Below are positions 51,610 through 62,129 of a stretch of DNA of 64,000 nt, piece by piece. Position numbers and translations under genes: made by a program. This DNA is from an uncultured SAR116 cluster alpha proteobacterium. Its GTDB lineage: Bacteria; Pseudomonadota; Alphaproteobacteria; Puniceispirillales; Marisalimonadaceae. The notes under the pieces were generated by a model that was not told where the DNA came from, ran no database searches, and saw only the letters and a list, made by a program, of their open reading frames with translations. Location of the stretch: positions 45,898 to 109,897 of the forward strand of contig CACJFI010000003.1 of assembly GCA_902592615.1 (NCBI GenBank), written 5' to 3'. Numbering within the stretch: the stretch's first letter is position 1; each line of letters opens with the position of its first letter.

Positions 51610-51658
51610 GAACAAAATAAGAACATTTATTGACAAAAGAACAAAAGGTGAATATTAT
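51610..51658 (+). promoter_or_regulatory. recA promoter with alphaproteobacterial LexA (SOS) boxes
   Basis: GAAC-N7-GAAC at 51610-51624 and GAAC-N7-GAAT at 51639-51653, overlapping TTGACA(51630)-17 bp-TATTAT(51653). Confidence 0.85.
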
Positions 51659-51715
51659 TGTAAAATATTTATTAGTTGAAAGAATAGTAAACGTATGTCA
51701 GTAAGGAGATAGAGA

Positions 51716-52786
51716 ATGAGTGCTGAGGTTATTAAAATGTCAAATCAAGATAAAGATAGAAACATAGCTTTAGAGTCTGCAATAGGACAGATAGAAAAAG
51801 CTTTCGGTAAAGGCTCTGTTATGAAGTTAGGCACATCTGGAGAAAATTTAGATGTGCAAGCTATATCTACTGGTTCACTAGGTCTAGATATAGCTCTTGG
51901 TATAGGTGGTTTACCTAAAGGAAGAATTGTAGAAATTTATGGGCCTGAAAGTTCAGGTAAAACAACGCTAGCATTGCATGTTGTAGCAGAAGCGCAAAAA
52001 ACAGGAGGGACTTGTGCGTTTGTAGATGCAGAACATGCTCTTGATCCAGTATATGCAAAAAAATTAGGAGTAAATATTGATGATCTTTTAATTTCTCAAC
52101 CTGATGCAGGAGAACAGGCATTGGAAATCGCTGATACATTAGTTAGATCAGGGGCTATATCTGTTTTAGTAGTTGATTCTGTAGCAGCATTAGTTCCTAG
52201 AGCTGAACTAGAAGGAGACATGGGTGATAGTCATATGGGTTTACAAGCTAGATTGATGAGTCAAGCTTTAAGAAAGTTAACTTCATCAATTTCTAAGTCC
52301 AATTGTTTAGTAATATTTATTAATCAGATTAGACAAAAAATAGGAATTATGTTTGGCAACCCAGAAACAACTTCAGGTGGAAATGCTCTTAAGTTTTATG
52401 CATCTGTTAGATTAGATATAAGAAGAATAGGAGCAATTAAAGATAAAGATGATATAATAGGGAATCAAACTAGAGTTAAAGTTGTAAAAAATAAGGTTGC
52501 ACCTCCATTTAGAACAGTTGAGTTTGATATTATGTATGGTGAAGGTATTTCTAAAAATGGTGAGATAGTAGATCTAGGAGTATCTGCAGACATAATTGAA
52601 AAATCTGGATCATGGTTTTCTTATAACGATCAAAGGATTGGGCAAGGTAGAGAAAATGTTAAAAACTTTCTCAATGAAAATTTTGAAATAGCTTTAGAAA
52701 TAGAGGATAAAATTAAAGGAAATACAGTCTTGGTTGAGGAAATTTTAATGAATCCAGACCAACAAATTCCTGAAGAAGAAAAATAA
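51716..52786 (+). CDS. recA: Recombinase A
   Basis: [16 protein letters not shown] and [14 protein letters not shown] motifs. Confidence 0.99.
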   Translation: MSAEVIKMSNQDKDRNIALESAIGQIEKAFGKGSVMKLGTSGENLDVQAISTGSLGLDIALGIGGLPKGRIVEIYGPESSGKTTLALHVVAEAQKTGGTCAFVDAEHALDPVYAKKLGVNIDDLLISQPDAGEQALEIADTLVRSGAISVLVVDSVAALVPRAELEGDMGDSHMGLQARLMSQALRKLTSSISKSNCLVIFINQIRQKIGIMFGNPETTSGGNALKFYASVRLDIRRIGAIKDKDDIIGNQTRVKVVKNKVAPPFRTVEFDIMYGEGISKNGEIVDLGVSADIIEKSGSWFSYNDQRIGQGRENVKNFLNENFEIALEIEDKIKGNTVLVEEILMNPDQQIPEEEK

Positions 52787-52856
52787 TTTTATTGAAGTTT
52801 TGTATTTTGTTAAATTGATGTTATCAAGAGGTGTAGATAATAAGCTAGTTTAACAC

Positions 52857-55529
52857 ATGAATAAGACTAAAAATTCAGTAAATGCAATTCGTTCTAAGTT
52901 CATAAATTATTTTAATAAAAATGATCATGAGGTTATAACATCAAGTAATCTTGTACCAAACAATGATCCTACTTTGCTTTTTACAAATGCTGGTATGGTA
53001 CAGTTTAAAAATGTTTTTACTGGTTTAGAAACAAGAGACTACAACAGAGCTGTTAGTTCGCAAAAGTGTCTACGAGCTGGTGGAAAGCATAATGATCTTG
53101 AAAATGTAGGTAGAACAGCTAGACATCATACATTTTTTGAAATGTTGGGTAACTTTTCATTTGGAGATTATTTCAAAGAAAAAGCAATATTTCAAGCTTG
53201 GGAATTGTTAACAAAAGAGTATGAACTTCCAAAAGAAAAATTGCTAGTTACAATTTTTCATGATGATATAGAGGCTGAAAATTTATGGAAAAAAATTTCT
53301 GGATTAAGTGATAAAAAAATAATCAAAATTAGTACCAGTGATAATTTTTGGAGTATGGGTGATACAGGTCCTTGTGGTCCTTGCTCAGAAATATTTTACG
53401 ATCATGGTCCTTTAATTGAAGGAGGGCCACCTGGCTCTAAAAATGAAGATGGTGATAGATTTATAGAAATTTGGAATTTAGTGTTTATGCAATTTGAACA
53501 AATTTCTAAAAGTGAAAGAGTTAATTTACCTAAGCCAAGTATTGATACAGGAATGGGTTTAGAAAGAATATCAGCCGTTCTGCAAAACACTCATAATAAT
53601 TATGAGACAGATATGATGAAAGATCTAGTTGAGGCTTCTTCATTAGTAACGGGTGTAGAAAAAACAAAAGATAATATTGTATCTCATAGAGTAGTAGCTG
53701 ATCATTTAAGATCAATTTCTTTTTTAATTGCTGAGGGAGTTTTACCCAGCAATGAAGGCCGAGGATATGTACTAAGAAGAATAATGAGAAGAGCAATGCG
53801 CCACACACATCTTTTAGGCGCAAGTGACCCAGTGATATTCAAGTTAGTTAGATCTTTAATTGAACAAATGGGTGATGCTTTTCCAGAAATAGTTACTCAA
53901 AAATTGACTATAGAAAACACAATAAAGGATGAAGAAATTAAATTCAAAGATACACTTGATAGGGGTATGAGTTTATTAATGAATGAAATAGACGAGAAAG
54001 TTTCTCCAGGAGTGCTTTCAGGTCAAAAAGCTTTTGAATTATATGACACCTATGGATTCCCGTTAGATTTAACAGAAGATGTTTTAAAATCATATGGGTG
54101 GAAGGTTGATCACCAGGGTTTTGAAAAATCTATGAATGAACAAAAAATCAAAGCAAGACAAGCTTGGTCAGGTTCGGGTGATGATGCTTATAATCAAGAT
54201 ATTTTAAAATTATTATTAGATCTACCACCAACTAACTTTAGAGGATATGATGAAAATAGTTTTGAAACTAAAATTGATTTAATTATAAAAAACAATAATG
54301 TTTATGATAATGTTTTAGCAAATGAGAAAGTTGATATCATATGCAATGAGACAATTTTTTATGCTGAATCTGGCGGCCAGATATCTGATAAAGGGGTTAT
54401 TATAGGAAAAAATTTTAAGGCTAATATTTTAAATTCAAAAAAAATTACTGTTGGAAACGGTAAAATTATATTTGTTTCAACAATAGAAATTGTATCAGGA
54501 AAAATAACAGTTGGTGATATAATCAACCAAGTAATAGATTTAGATTTCAGAAAACAAATATCTTCACATCATTCAGCAACTCATCTTCTTCATGAAGCAT
54601 TAAGACAAAAATTAGGTATGCATGTAGCTCAAAAAGGTTCATTGGTTACTAATGAAAAACTAAGATTTGATTTTAGTCATCAAAAACCAATTTCTTCAGA
54701 ATTAATCAAAGAAATTGAAGATGAAGTAAATTATAGAATATTTTGTAACGACAAAGTTACCACTAAAGTTATGTCTCCGAATAAGGCTATTGAAAAAGGA
54801 GCTATAGCTTTATTTGGAGAAAAATATGGAGATGAAGTCAGAGTAGTATCAATTGGAAAAAGTATAGATAATGAAAGAGAGGCTTGGTCAGTTGAACTAT
54901 GTGGAGGCACACACGTAAAAAATACTTCTGAAATTTCAACCTTTAAAATATTGTCAGAGACTGGTGTTTCATCTGGAGTTCGTAGAATTGAAGCTTTAAC
55001 AAATATAGCTGCAATAAACTATTATAATAACGAGATAGATAAAATTAGATATATATCTTCTTCTCTAAAAACAAATAGTACTCAACTCACAAAAAAAATC
55101 GAGCAATTAGTCTCAGAAAATCAAAAAATTAACAAAGAATTAAAACTTCTTAAAAATAAATCACATCTTAATTATGATAATAATTCAACTAAAGAAATAC
55201 TAAATGGAATAGTATTTGAGTATAAAATATATGATGATTTAATAGTTAAAGAGTTAAAGCCAAACGCCGAAAATTTTATCAAAAATAATAATTCAAATAT
55301 TGTTTGTTTAATTAGTAAAATTGATAATAAAGCCTCTATAGTTGTTGCTGTAGATAAATCACTCACTTCTAAATTTAGTGCTGTAGAAATGGTAAATGAA
55401 GTTTCAGCAATTTTAGGAGGTAAAGGAGGTGGCGGTAGACCAGATATGGCTCAATCTGGAGGATCAGATCCAAAAAATAGTCTACAAGCTGTTAATAAGA
55501 TAAAAGATTACATCAAACTTAAAATTTAG
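52857..55529 (+). CDS. alaS: Alanine--tRNA ligase
   Basis: FTNAGMVQFK, HHTFFEMLGNFSFGDYFK, HSATHLLH, ELCGGTH and GGGGRPDMAQ motifs. Confidence 0.98.
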   Translation: MNKTKNSVNAIRSKFINYFNKNDHEVITSSNLVPNNDPTLLFTNAGMVQFKNVFTGLETRDYNRAVSSQKCLRAGGKHNDLENVGRTARHHTFFEMLGNFSFGDYFKEKAIFQAWELLTKEYELPKEKLLVTIFHDDIEAENLWKKISGLSDKKIIKISTSDNFWSMGDTGPCGPCSEIFYDHGPLIEGGPPGSKNEDGDRFIEIWNLVFMQFEQISKSERVNLPKPSIDTGMGLERISAVLQNTHNNYETDMMKDLVEASSLVTGVEKTKDNIVSHRVVADHLRSISFLIAEGVLPSNEGRGYVLRRIMRRAMRHTHLLGASDPVIFKLVRSLIEQMGDAFPEIVTQKLTIENTIKDEEIKFKDTLDRGMSLLMNEIDEKVSPGVLSGQKAFELYDTYGFPLDLTEDVLKSYGWKVDHQGFEKSMNEQKIKARQAWSGSGDDAYNQDILKLLLDLPPTNFRGYDENSFETKIDLIIKNNNVYDNVLANEKVDIICNETIFYAESGGQISDKGVIIGKNFKANILNSKKITVGNGKIIFVSTIEIVSGKITVGDIINQVIDLDFRKQISSHHSATHLLHEALRQKLGMHVAQKGSLVTNEKLRFDFSHQKPISSELIKEIEDEVNYRIFCNDKVTTKVMSPNKAIEKGAIALFGEKYGDEVRVVSIGKSIDNEREAWSVELCGGTHVKNTSEISTFKILSETGVSSGVRRIEALTNIAAINYYNNEIDKIRYISSSLKTNSTQLTKKIEQLVSENQKINKELKLLKNKSHLNYDNNSTKEILNGIVFEYKIYDDLIVKELKPNAENFIKNNNSNIVCLISKIDNKASIVVAVDKSLTSKFSAVEMVNEVSAILGGKGGGGRPDMAQSGGSDPKNSLQAVNKIKDYIKLKI

Positions 55530-55534
55530 AGATT

Positions 55535-56707
55535 ATGTTGTTAGAAAATTTAAACGAAGAAATAATTTCCTTTAAAGAAACTGCAATTATGCAAATTGCA
55601 AATTTTGGAAGAAAATACCAATTAGAGAGTGGAAATTATATCTATCCTGCTTGGTTTGGAGAAGGCGATATATCTACAAGTAATTTAATTAACAACAAAA
55701 CTATTGAAGCTTTAAATCAAGGAAAAACATTTTATACATATCAAAACGGTGTACCTCAATTACGATCAGAAATCTCAAAATATATGAATGAAGTTTTTAA
55801 CATCAATACGAAGCCTGAACATCACAGTGTTGTCACAGGTGGAATGATGGGACTTAGGTTGATTTGTGATTTAATTATCAGTGATGGCGATGAAGTTGTG
55901 ATGGTTGGTCCTGTATGGCCTAACATAAGGTCATCAGTTTTATTAAAAAAAGGTAATATAAAAGAAATTTCACTAAGATTAAAAGATAGTCAATGGATAT
56001 TAGATTTTGAAAAACTATTGAACACAATTACGCATAAAACAAAAATGGTTTTTGTTAATAGTCCTGGAAATCCAACAGGATGGGTGATGTCAAAAAAACA
56101 GCAAGAAATACTGTTTAATCATGTTCGAGAAATGGACTGCTGGTTAATTTCTGATGAAGTTTATCATCAAATAATGTTTAATGATAATGTATCACCAAGT
56201 TTGCTTCAATTATCTAAGCCAACTGATAAATTAATAGTCATCAACTCAGCTTCAAAGAGCTTCAATATGACAGGATGGAGAATAGGTTGGATAACACATC
56301 CTGAAGAGTTAGGTCCTCACATAGCTAAATTAGTCCAAATAACAACAACGGGTGTTCCAGAGTTTCTTCAAAATGGTCTAATATCAGCATTGCAAAACTA
56401 TAAACTTCTTACCAAAGAAGTACGTCAAAATTTAAAAAAATCTAGAGATATAATGTTTCAAAGATTAGTTGAGTGGAAGCGAGTTGAGTGTAGTGTTCCA
56501 GAAGCTGCATTTTATGCTTTTTTTAAAGTAAAGGATGTAAAAGATTCTTTAGAATTTGCAAAAAAATTAATCATTGATACTAATGTTGGGGTGGCACCAG
56601 GTATTGCATTTGGAGAGGCAGGTGAAGGTCATTTAAGAATATGTTTTGCAGCCAAACAAAGCTTCATAAATAAAATTATGGATAGATTAGAGCCAGCTTT
56701 GAATTAA
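55535..56707 (+). CDS. PLP-dependent aminotransferase class I/II
   Basis: NSPGNPTG, DEVY and SKSFNMTGWRIG motifs. Confidence 0.92.
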   Translation: MLLENLNEEIISFKETAIMQIANFGRKYQLESGNYIYPAWFGEGDISTSNLINNKTIEALNQGKTFYTYQNGVPQLRSEISKYMNEVFNINTKPEHHSVVTGGMMGLRLICDLIISDGDEVVMVGPVWPNIRSSVLLKKGNIKEISLRLKDSQWILDFEKLLNTITHKTKMVFVNSPGNPTGWVMSKKQQEILFNHVREMDCWLISDEVYHQIMFNDNVSPSLLQLSKPTDKLIVINSASKSFNMTGWRIGWITHPEELGPHIAKLVQITTTGVPEFLQNGLISALQNYKLLTKEVRQNLKKSRDIMFQRLVEWKRVECSVPEAAFYAFFKVKDVKDSLEFAKKLIIDTNVGVAPGIAFGEAGEGHLRICFAAKQSFINKIMDRLEPALN

Positions 56708-56709
56708 AA

Positions 56710-58074
56710 TCACCAAGGCTTTATAGCATTTTTAAGTGATTTATAACCTTCAATAAATCCAGGTCTATTACTACCATATATTCCATCAAATATATTTAAA
56801 ACATTATCCAACCAATTTCTAAGCTCAATGTTATTAGGATTAGCATCTAAGTATGCGTCTCTAATTAAAACAAAATGAATTCTTGGGTCGTAAGGTTTTT
56901 TTGTTCCACCCATGGTTTCATCACCATCAAGAAGTCTTAAAAGCATAGCATCAGCTGATCCTAGTGTTTGTTCATGAATAGGAGGTCCCGACATTCTATG
57001 CATTACTGAAGTCATATCTCTTCCGTTACCAGTTGTGTAACCCATAGACTTCCATGCTGTATCTATATCAATATCACTATTTACATGATTAAGAATTTTT
57101 GTGCCAAAATCTCTTAATGGGTCAGATATATCAGCAAGTAAATCAGTCAATCTATCTCCGTCCAAATCAGTTGCTAATACTATACATTCTTGTTTGTTAA
57201 TTATATCCCATACTAATAGTCCATAATTAGTATCCGAAATATGTTGTTCAATTCTTCCAGACCAATTTTCCATACCATCCTTAAAGTCTTTAGGTAAAAG
57301 AGAAATTATTTTGTCGATGTTTTTTTTATGTTCCTCGTAGGCATTTACAGCCCATTTTCGACCAATAGTGAATTTTGTTCCTTCAAGAAGCCAAATTAAT
57401 ATGCCCGCATTAATTCCATCTTCCATTGCCTGTGTCGGTTTAAAGGCAACTCTTCCTAATTTACCTGTGTCATTGATCATCTTTAAAAATAGACGGCAAG
57501 CATAAGCCATCTGAATTCCAGGAGTATTCATTTCAGTATGTACAATACCAGTTTTTTCATTAACACTAAATTTAGATTTATCTTGTGAATAGGGCAAACA
57601 CGGCATACATCTTACAACTGTGATTGGCCCATATGGACGTACGTTACAAAATACTCCTGCTTGTGTTCTTAAAGGTGCATTTCCAGATTTACCCATTACG
57701 ACGACTTTATTTCCAGACCCATTATTAACATATGCATCACCAGCAGTTGACCATTTTATAGATGTGTTTTGCATATTGCCAAACCAGCTTAATGCTTCAA
57801 GTTTTGTGTCATGTCGCATTTGTGACCACATTGGAATTGCATAAAAAGGAAGATTTAAGATATCAGCAGCTGCAATGGTTCCTAATAATGCGTAAGCGTC
57901 TGTTAATGAATGGCAAACTGGATTTATAATCCCATCATGTTTTCCGCCTTTCCAAACAATTGCGTTTGGATACCCATTTGGCCTTACCTCGGTATTTTGG
58001 TAAAGTTCTCCAAGAATAGTTTCTAAGTCACCACCTTCAGATTCAGAAACGGCTATTTTCATCAAATCTAACAT
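56710..58074 (-). CDS. Conserved hypothetical protein; divergent isocitrate/isopropylmalate dehydrogenase-like fold suspected
   Basis: SGNAPLR...NVRP, VVR, FKPT, DLDGDRLTD and HEQTLGSA resemble the family motifs in order. Confidence 0.5.
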   Translation of the reverse strand: MLDLMKIAVSESEGGDLETILGELYQNTEVRPNGYPNAIVWKGGKHDGIINPVCHSLTDAYALLGTIAAADILNLPFYAIPMWSQMRHDTKLEALSWFGNMQNTSIKWSTAGDAYVNNGSGNKVVVMGKSGNAPLRTQAGVFCNVRPYGPITVVRCMPCLPYSQDKSKFSVNEKTGIVHTEMNTPGIQMAYACRLFLKMINDTGKLGRVAFKPTQAMEDGINAGILIWLLEGTKFTIGRKWAVNAYEEHKKNIDKIISLLPKDFKDGMENWSGRIEQHISDTNYGLLVWDIINKQECIVLATDLDGDRLTDLLADISDPLRDFGTKILNHVNSDIDIDTAWKSMGYTTGNGRDMTSVMHRMSGPPIHEQTLGSADAMLLRLLDGDETMGGTKKPYDPRIHFVLIRDAYLDANPNNIELRNWLDNVLNIFDGIYGSNRPGFIEGYKSLKNAIKPW

Positions 58075-58150
58075 TTTTAATCCTTAATAATTTTTTAAGA
58101 AAATTTTTATTAATTATATATAATTATTCATACATAAATTAAGAAAACTT

Positions 58151-58711
58151 TTAAATATCTTTTAGAAAAATTTTCAAAGAATTAGTGTTTTTCAATTCTT
58201 CAAAATAATTTAAATTATGTTTACCCATATATTCTTCTTCAACCAGATGATTAATCAGAGAAATAAGCGGATCCCAGAAATTGTTGAAATTGATAATACC
58301 AACTTTTTTGTTAACAATTTGATTTAACTGACACCACGTTAAAACTTCAAAACATTCGTCTAGTGTTCCCACACCACCTGGCAAGATTAAAAAAGCGTCT
58401 GATTTTTCGTACATCTTTTGTTTTCTTTGGTGCATATTCTCGGTAATTAAAAAGTTAGTATTAAATTTTTCAGAATGTTTTGTATCTTGTATATCTTTTT
58501 TAATTAAAAAATTAGGTATTATACCTGTTGTTTTAGAACCATACTTAATAGCTGTCCTTGATACTGATCCCATTATACCATTTTCACCACCACCAAAAAC
58601 AATGTCAAAATTATTTTCTGCTATGATTTGACCAACAGTTTTAGCAGATTTTATATTCTCACTATTTTTGCCTGATTTTGAGCCACCAAATACACATATT
58701 GTCCTTTTCAA
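58151..58711 (-). CDS. LOG family (TIGR00730) nucleotide phosphoribohydrolase
   Basis: MHQRKQKM and PGGVGTLDE motifs. Confidence 0.92.
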   Translation of the reverse strand: MKRTICVFGGSKSGKNSENIKSAKTVGQIIAENNFDIVFGGGENGIMGSVSRTAIKYGSKTTGIIPNFLIKKDIQDTKHSEKFNTNFLITENMHQRKQKMYEKSDAFLILPGGVGTLDECFEVLTWCQLNQIVNKKVGIINFNNFWDPLISLINHLVEEEYMGKHNLNYFEELKNTNSLKIFLKDI

Positions 58712-58804
58712 AACTACCTCGTAAAAATTACAAACTTAAGAAATTTATGTATTATTGTAATTATTTATCATAAAATAAAATGTGTGTATTAAACAAGGTT
58801 TTAT

Positions 58805-59833
58805 ATGAAGTCTTCAAAAGTTATATATTTTTTACTATCTGGCGCAATAATAGCAGCTTTAGCTCTGTTTGTAGTTTTCTATGAAACTGAAAATGTGGTT
58901 GAAAAAGAAGTAGTTGTACCTTTGGTAAATAAAGTAGTTGATGCTAAGCCAATCGAAGTTAAACCAACAAGACAAGAAACTGCAGAAATGCTAAAATTAG
59001 AAGTTGTAAGGGTAAGACCAGATGGAAGCCTCGTTATTGCAGGAAAAGGATTACCTAACTCAAAAATAGAAATAATTTCTAATACAGAAGTAATTGCTGT
59101 TACAAAGAGTGACAAAATTGGAGATTTTGTTGCCGTGCCGCAAAAGCAATTAAACAGTGGAGAATATTTTTTATCTTTCAGGCAAACAACAGGAGATAAT
59201 AAAGTAGTAATTGCAAATAAATCTGTCGCTATAAATGTTTCTGGGAAAAAAAATGATGTACCAATTGTAGCTATCGTTGATAGCCAAGGAAGATTAGGTG
59301 CTAAAGTTATTCAAGTTCCTGGTTTAGAAAAAAAAGAACGTAGTATTAAAAATAAAAATCAAATAAATACAAAAAACATTCAAGAACCTCAAATTAAAAT
59401 CCTTGCTATAACACATGACTCAAAAATAGGACAACTTGTGTTATCAGGAATAGCTTACAATGGTGTGCAAGTAAATGCAGGCTTTACAGGCAAAGAAACT
59501 TCATCAACTAAAATAATTAATGATGAATGGAATTTATCAATTCCAGGTAAATTGATTGCAGGAAAACAAAAAGTATTTGCGGTTCTTTTGGGGAAAAATG
59601 GTAAAGTATTAAGTGAAAACTCTGTCATAATTAGTGGTAAAAGTATTGAAAATGCTAATGGAAAAACATTAATAATTGTTCAAAAAGGAGACGCTTTATG
59701 GAATATAGCATATCAAAGGTTAGGATTAGGAAATCGTTATATTGATATTGTTGAACTTAATAAAGATAAAATTAAAAATCCTGATCTAATTTATCCAAAA
59801 CAACTGTTTATAATACCAAACAGATTAAATTAA
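58805..59833 (+). CDS. LysM peptidoglycan-binding protein
   Basis: N-terminal TM; VVRVRPDGSLVIAG; C-terminal VQKGDALWNIA...NPDLIYP LysM domain. Confidence 0.88.
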   Translation: MKSSKVIYFLLSGAIIAALALFVVFYETENVVEKEVVVPLVNKVVDAKPIEVKPTRQETAEMLKLEVVRVRPDGSLVIAGKGLPNSKIEIISNTEVIAVTKSDKIGDFVAVPQKQLNSGEYFLSFRQTTGDNKVVIANKSVAINVSGKKNDVPIVAIVDSQGRLGAKVIQVPGLEKKERSIKNKNQINTKNIQEPQIKILAITHDSKIGQLVLSGIAYNGVQVNAGFTGKETSSTKIINDEWNLSIPGKLIAGKQKVFAVLLGKNGKVLSENSVIISGKSIENANGKTLIIVQKGDALWNIAYQRLGLGNRYIDIVELNKDKIKNPDLIYPKQLFIIPNRLN

Positions 59834-59848
59834 AAAATTGTATTTTAA

Positions 59849-60454
59849 ATGTTTGATGGTCAAATAAATAAAATTTTAAAACCTAGTTTAGATTTATTTG
59901 CAAAAAAATTATCAAAATTTAAGATACAAGCAAATACAGTAACATTTACAGGTTTCTTTTTTGGACTTTGTTGTTTTTACTTTATAATAAATGAAATGTT
60001 TATCTATGCTTCAATTTTTTTATTTCTTAATAGATTTTGCGATGGCTTGGATGGAGCTTTAGCAAGACTAATTGGACAAACAGATATTGGCGCCTTTTAC
60101 GATATTATTTCAGATTTTTTGTTTTATTCATTATTTCCTATATCTTTTATATTTTTGGATATACAACATGCTTATTCAATATGTTTCTTATTAATGAGTT
60201 TTGTAGCTACTCAAACAACTTTTCTTGCTTCAGCATGGATTGTTGAAAAAAATAAATTCTTAATTTCTGATAATCAAAGAAAATCTTTTTTTTATACAGG
60301 TGGAATTACTGAGGGATTTGAAACAATTGTTTGTTTTGTTATGATGCTTTTATTTTATGAGTACGTAAATTATATAGCATATATTTTCGGCATGTTATGT
60401 TGGATAACTTTTATAACTAGAGTTTTTTTTATAAGAAAATTGCTTAAATCATAA
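59849..60454 (+). CDS. CDP-alcohol phosphatidyltransferase family protein
   Basis: DGLDGALAR...GAFYDIISD motif. Confidence 0.88.
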   Translation: MFDGQINKILKPSLDLFAKKLSKFKIQANTVTFTGFFFGLCCFYFIINEMFIYASIFLFLNRFCDGLDGALARLIGQTDIGAFYDIISDFLFYSLFPISFIFLDIQHAYSICFLLMSFVATQTTFLASAWIVEKNKFLISDNQRKSFFYTGGITEGFETIVCFVMMLLFYEYVNYIAYIFGMLCWITFITRVFFIRKLLKS

Positions 60455-60524
60455 AATACAAATTTATTTTATTTTAAATTTATAATAAAAGTAATTATTA
60501 AATAATAATTTTGGCTATGGTATA

Positions 60525-60905
60525 ATGAATAAGAATATTAGACATTTGACAGATGAACAATATAGAATAACCCAAAAGCATGGAACAGAACGAGCATATT
60601 CTGGAGCATATTGGGATAAAAAAGACGTTGGTGACTATAATTGTATTTGTTGTGATACAATTCTTTTTTCAAGTGAAACAAAATATGACTCAGGCTCAGG
60701 TTGGCCTTCTTTTTACAAACCAGTCTCAGATGAAGTTCTTGGTAAATCAGTTGATAATTCATTTTTTATGCAAAGGACAGAGGTACATTGTGCAAAATGT
60801 AGTGCACATCTTGGTCATGTTTTTCCTGATGGACCTGAACCCACAGGTTTGAGATATTGCATAAATTCTGCTTCTTTAAAATTTCAAAAAATTGATAATA
60901 ATTAA
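60525..60905 (+). CDS. msrB: Peptide methionine sulfoxide reductase B
   Basis: [23 protein letters not shown] and RYCINS motifs. Confidence 0.96.
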   Translation: MNKNIRHLTDEQYRITQKHGTERAYSGAYWDKKDVGDYNCICCDTILFSSETKYDSGSGWPSFYKPVSDEVLGKSVDNSFFMQRTEVHCAKCSAHLGHVFPDGPEPTGLRYCINSASLKFQKIDNN

Positions 60906-60908
60906 TTT

Positions 60909-61706
60909 ATGTTAGGTTCTACAAAAATTTATGGATGTCTTGCTGATCCAATTGATCATGTCAAAGCTCCTACTATTTTCACTTCTATTTTTAAAGAAAA
61001 AAATATCAATGCAGTTATGATACCTATTCATGTAGAGAGAGATAATTTAGAAAATGTAATTCTTTCTCTAAAAAAAATTAAAAATTTTGAAGGAATGACT
61101 GTTACTATTCCTCATAAAACAATGGTTGCTTGTTTATGTGACCATCTTGAACAAGATGCTGAATTTACTGAATCTGTAAATTGGATCAAATTTGATAAAG
61201 ACAGAAAATTAATTGGAAATAATTTTGATGGTCAGGGATTTGTAGCTGGTTTCTTATCACAAAATTTAATGTTAAAAAATAAAAAAGTTTGTATTTTCGG
61301 CGCTGGTGGAGCTGCCGTTTCTATTGCCTGTTCTTTAGCAAATAAAAACATTCAATCTTTAAAAATTATAAATCGTAATTTTGATAAAGCAAATGAATTG
61401 ATGAAGAAAATTAAAGATATTGATAAGGATTTGTTTGTGGAAGTAGTTAAACAAAAAGATAACTACCTATTAAACGATTGTGATATAATAATTAATGCTA
61501 CTAGTTTAGGATTGCATAAAGATGATAAATTACCTTTCGATGTAAGTAAAACTTTACCAAAATCAGTTATTGCTGACATTATAATGCAACCTTCTGAAAC
61601 TAAATTATTAATACAAGCAAAAAATTTAGGTCGAACTATTCATTATGGAAAATATATGATAGAAAGTCAGATTAATTTAGCTGGTAATTTTTTAGATCTT
61701 TGGTAG
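60909..61706 (+). CDS. Shikimate dehydrogenase family protein
   Basis: VTIPHK, NFDGQG, GAGGAA and NATSLG motifs. Confidence 0.85.
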   Translation: MLGSTKIYGCLADPIDHVKAPTIFTSIFKEKNINAVMIPIHVERDNLENVILSLKKIKNFEGMTVTIPHKTMVACLCDHLEQDAEFTESVNWIKFDKDRKLIGNNFDGQGFVAGFLSQNLMLKNKKVCIFGAGGAAVSIACSLANKNIQSLKIINRNFDKANELMKKIKDIDKDLFVEVVKQKDNYLLNDCDIIINATSLGLHKDDKLPFDVSKTLPKSVIADIIMQPSETKLLIQAKNLGRTIHYGKYMIESQINLAGNFLDLW

Positions 61707-61719
61707 TAAAGGAAATATT

Positions 61720-62118
61720 ATGGAAAAAAACTTTGTTTGGGATGAAGATAAATTAAATAAATTAAGAAAACTATGGGATGATGGTTTGCCAATTACAAAA
61801 ATTGGAAACGAGATTGGTGTATCTAGAAATGCAATTGCTGGGAAAGCTCACAGAATGGGCTTGCCTAAAAGAAATTCTCCGATTTCCAAGTCAGGAGAGC
61901 CAAGAAAAAATCAGGTAGCCAAGAATTCAGAAAATTGTAGGGAGTTACCTTTAAAAATTATGTTAAGGGATGTTGAGTGGTCCAGAAATAGGTGTTGTTG
62001 GCCTATTGGTGATCCGAAATTACCTGGTTTTTCTTTTTGTGGTACCTCAATAATTCCTGGAAGACCATATTGTGAAGAACATTCAAATCTAGCATACACT
62101 AATTCTAGAGAAGGCTAA
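61720..62118 (+). CDS. gcrA: GcrA-family cell cycle regulator
   Basis: W...LRKLW...GVSRNAIAGKAHRMGL; CCWPIGDP...FCG...PYCEEH. Confidence 0.88.
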   Translation: MEKNFVWDEDKLNKLRKLWDDGLPITKIGNEIGVSRNAIAGKAHRMGLPKRNSPISKSGEPRKNQVAKNSENCRELPLKIMLRDVEWSRNRCCWPIGDPKLPGFSFCGTSIIPGRPYCEEHSNLAYTNSREG

Positions 62119-62129
62119 AATAATGTAAT

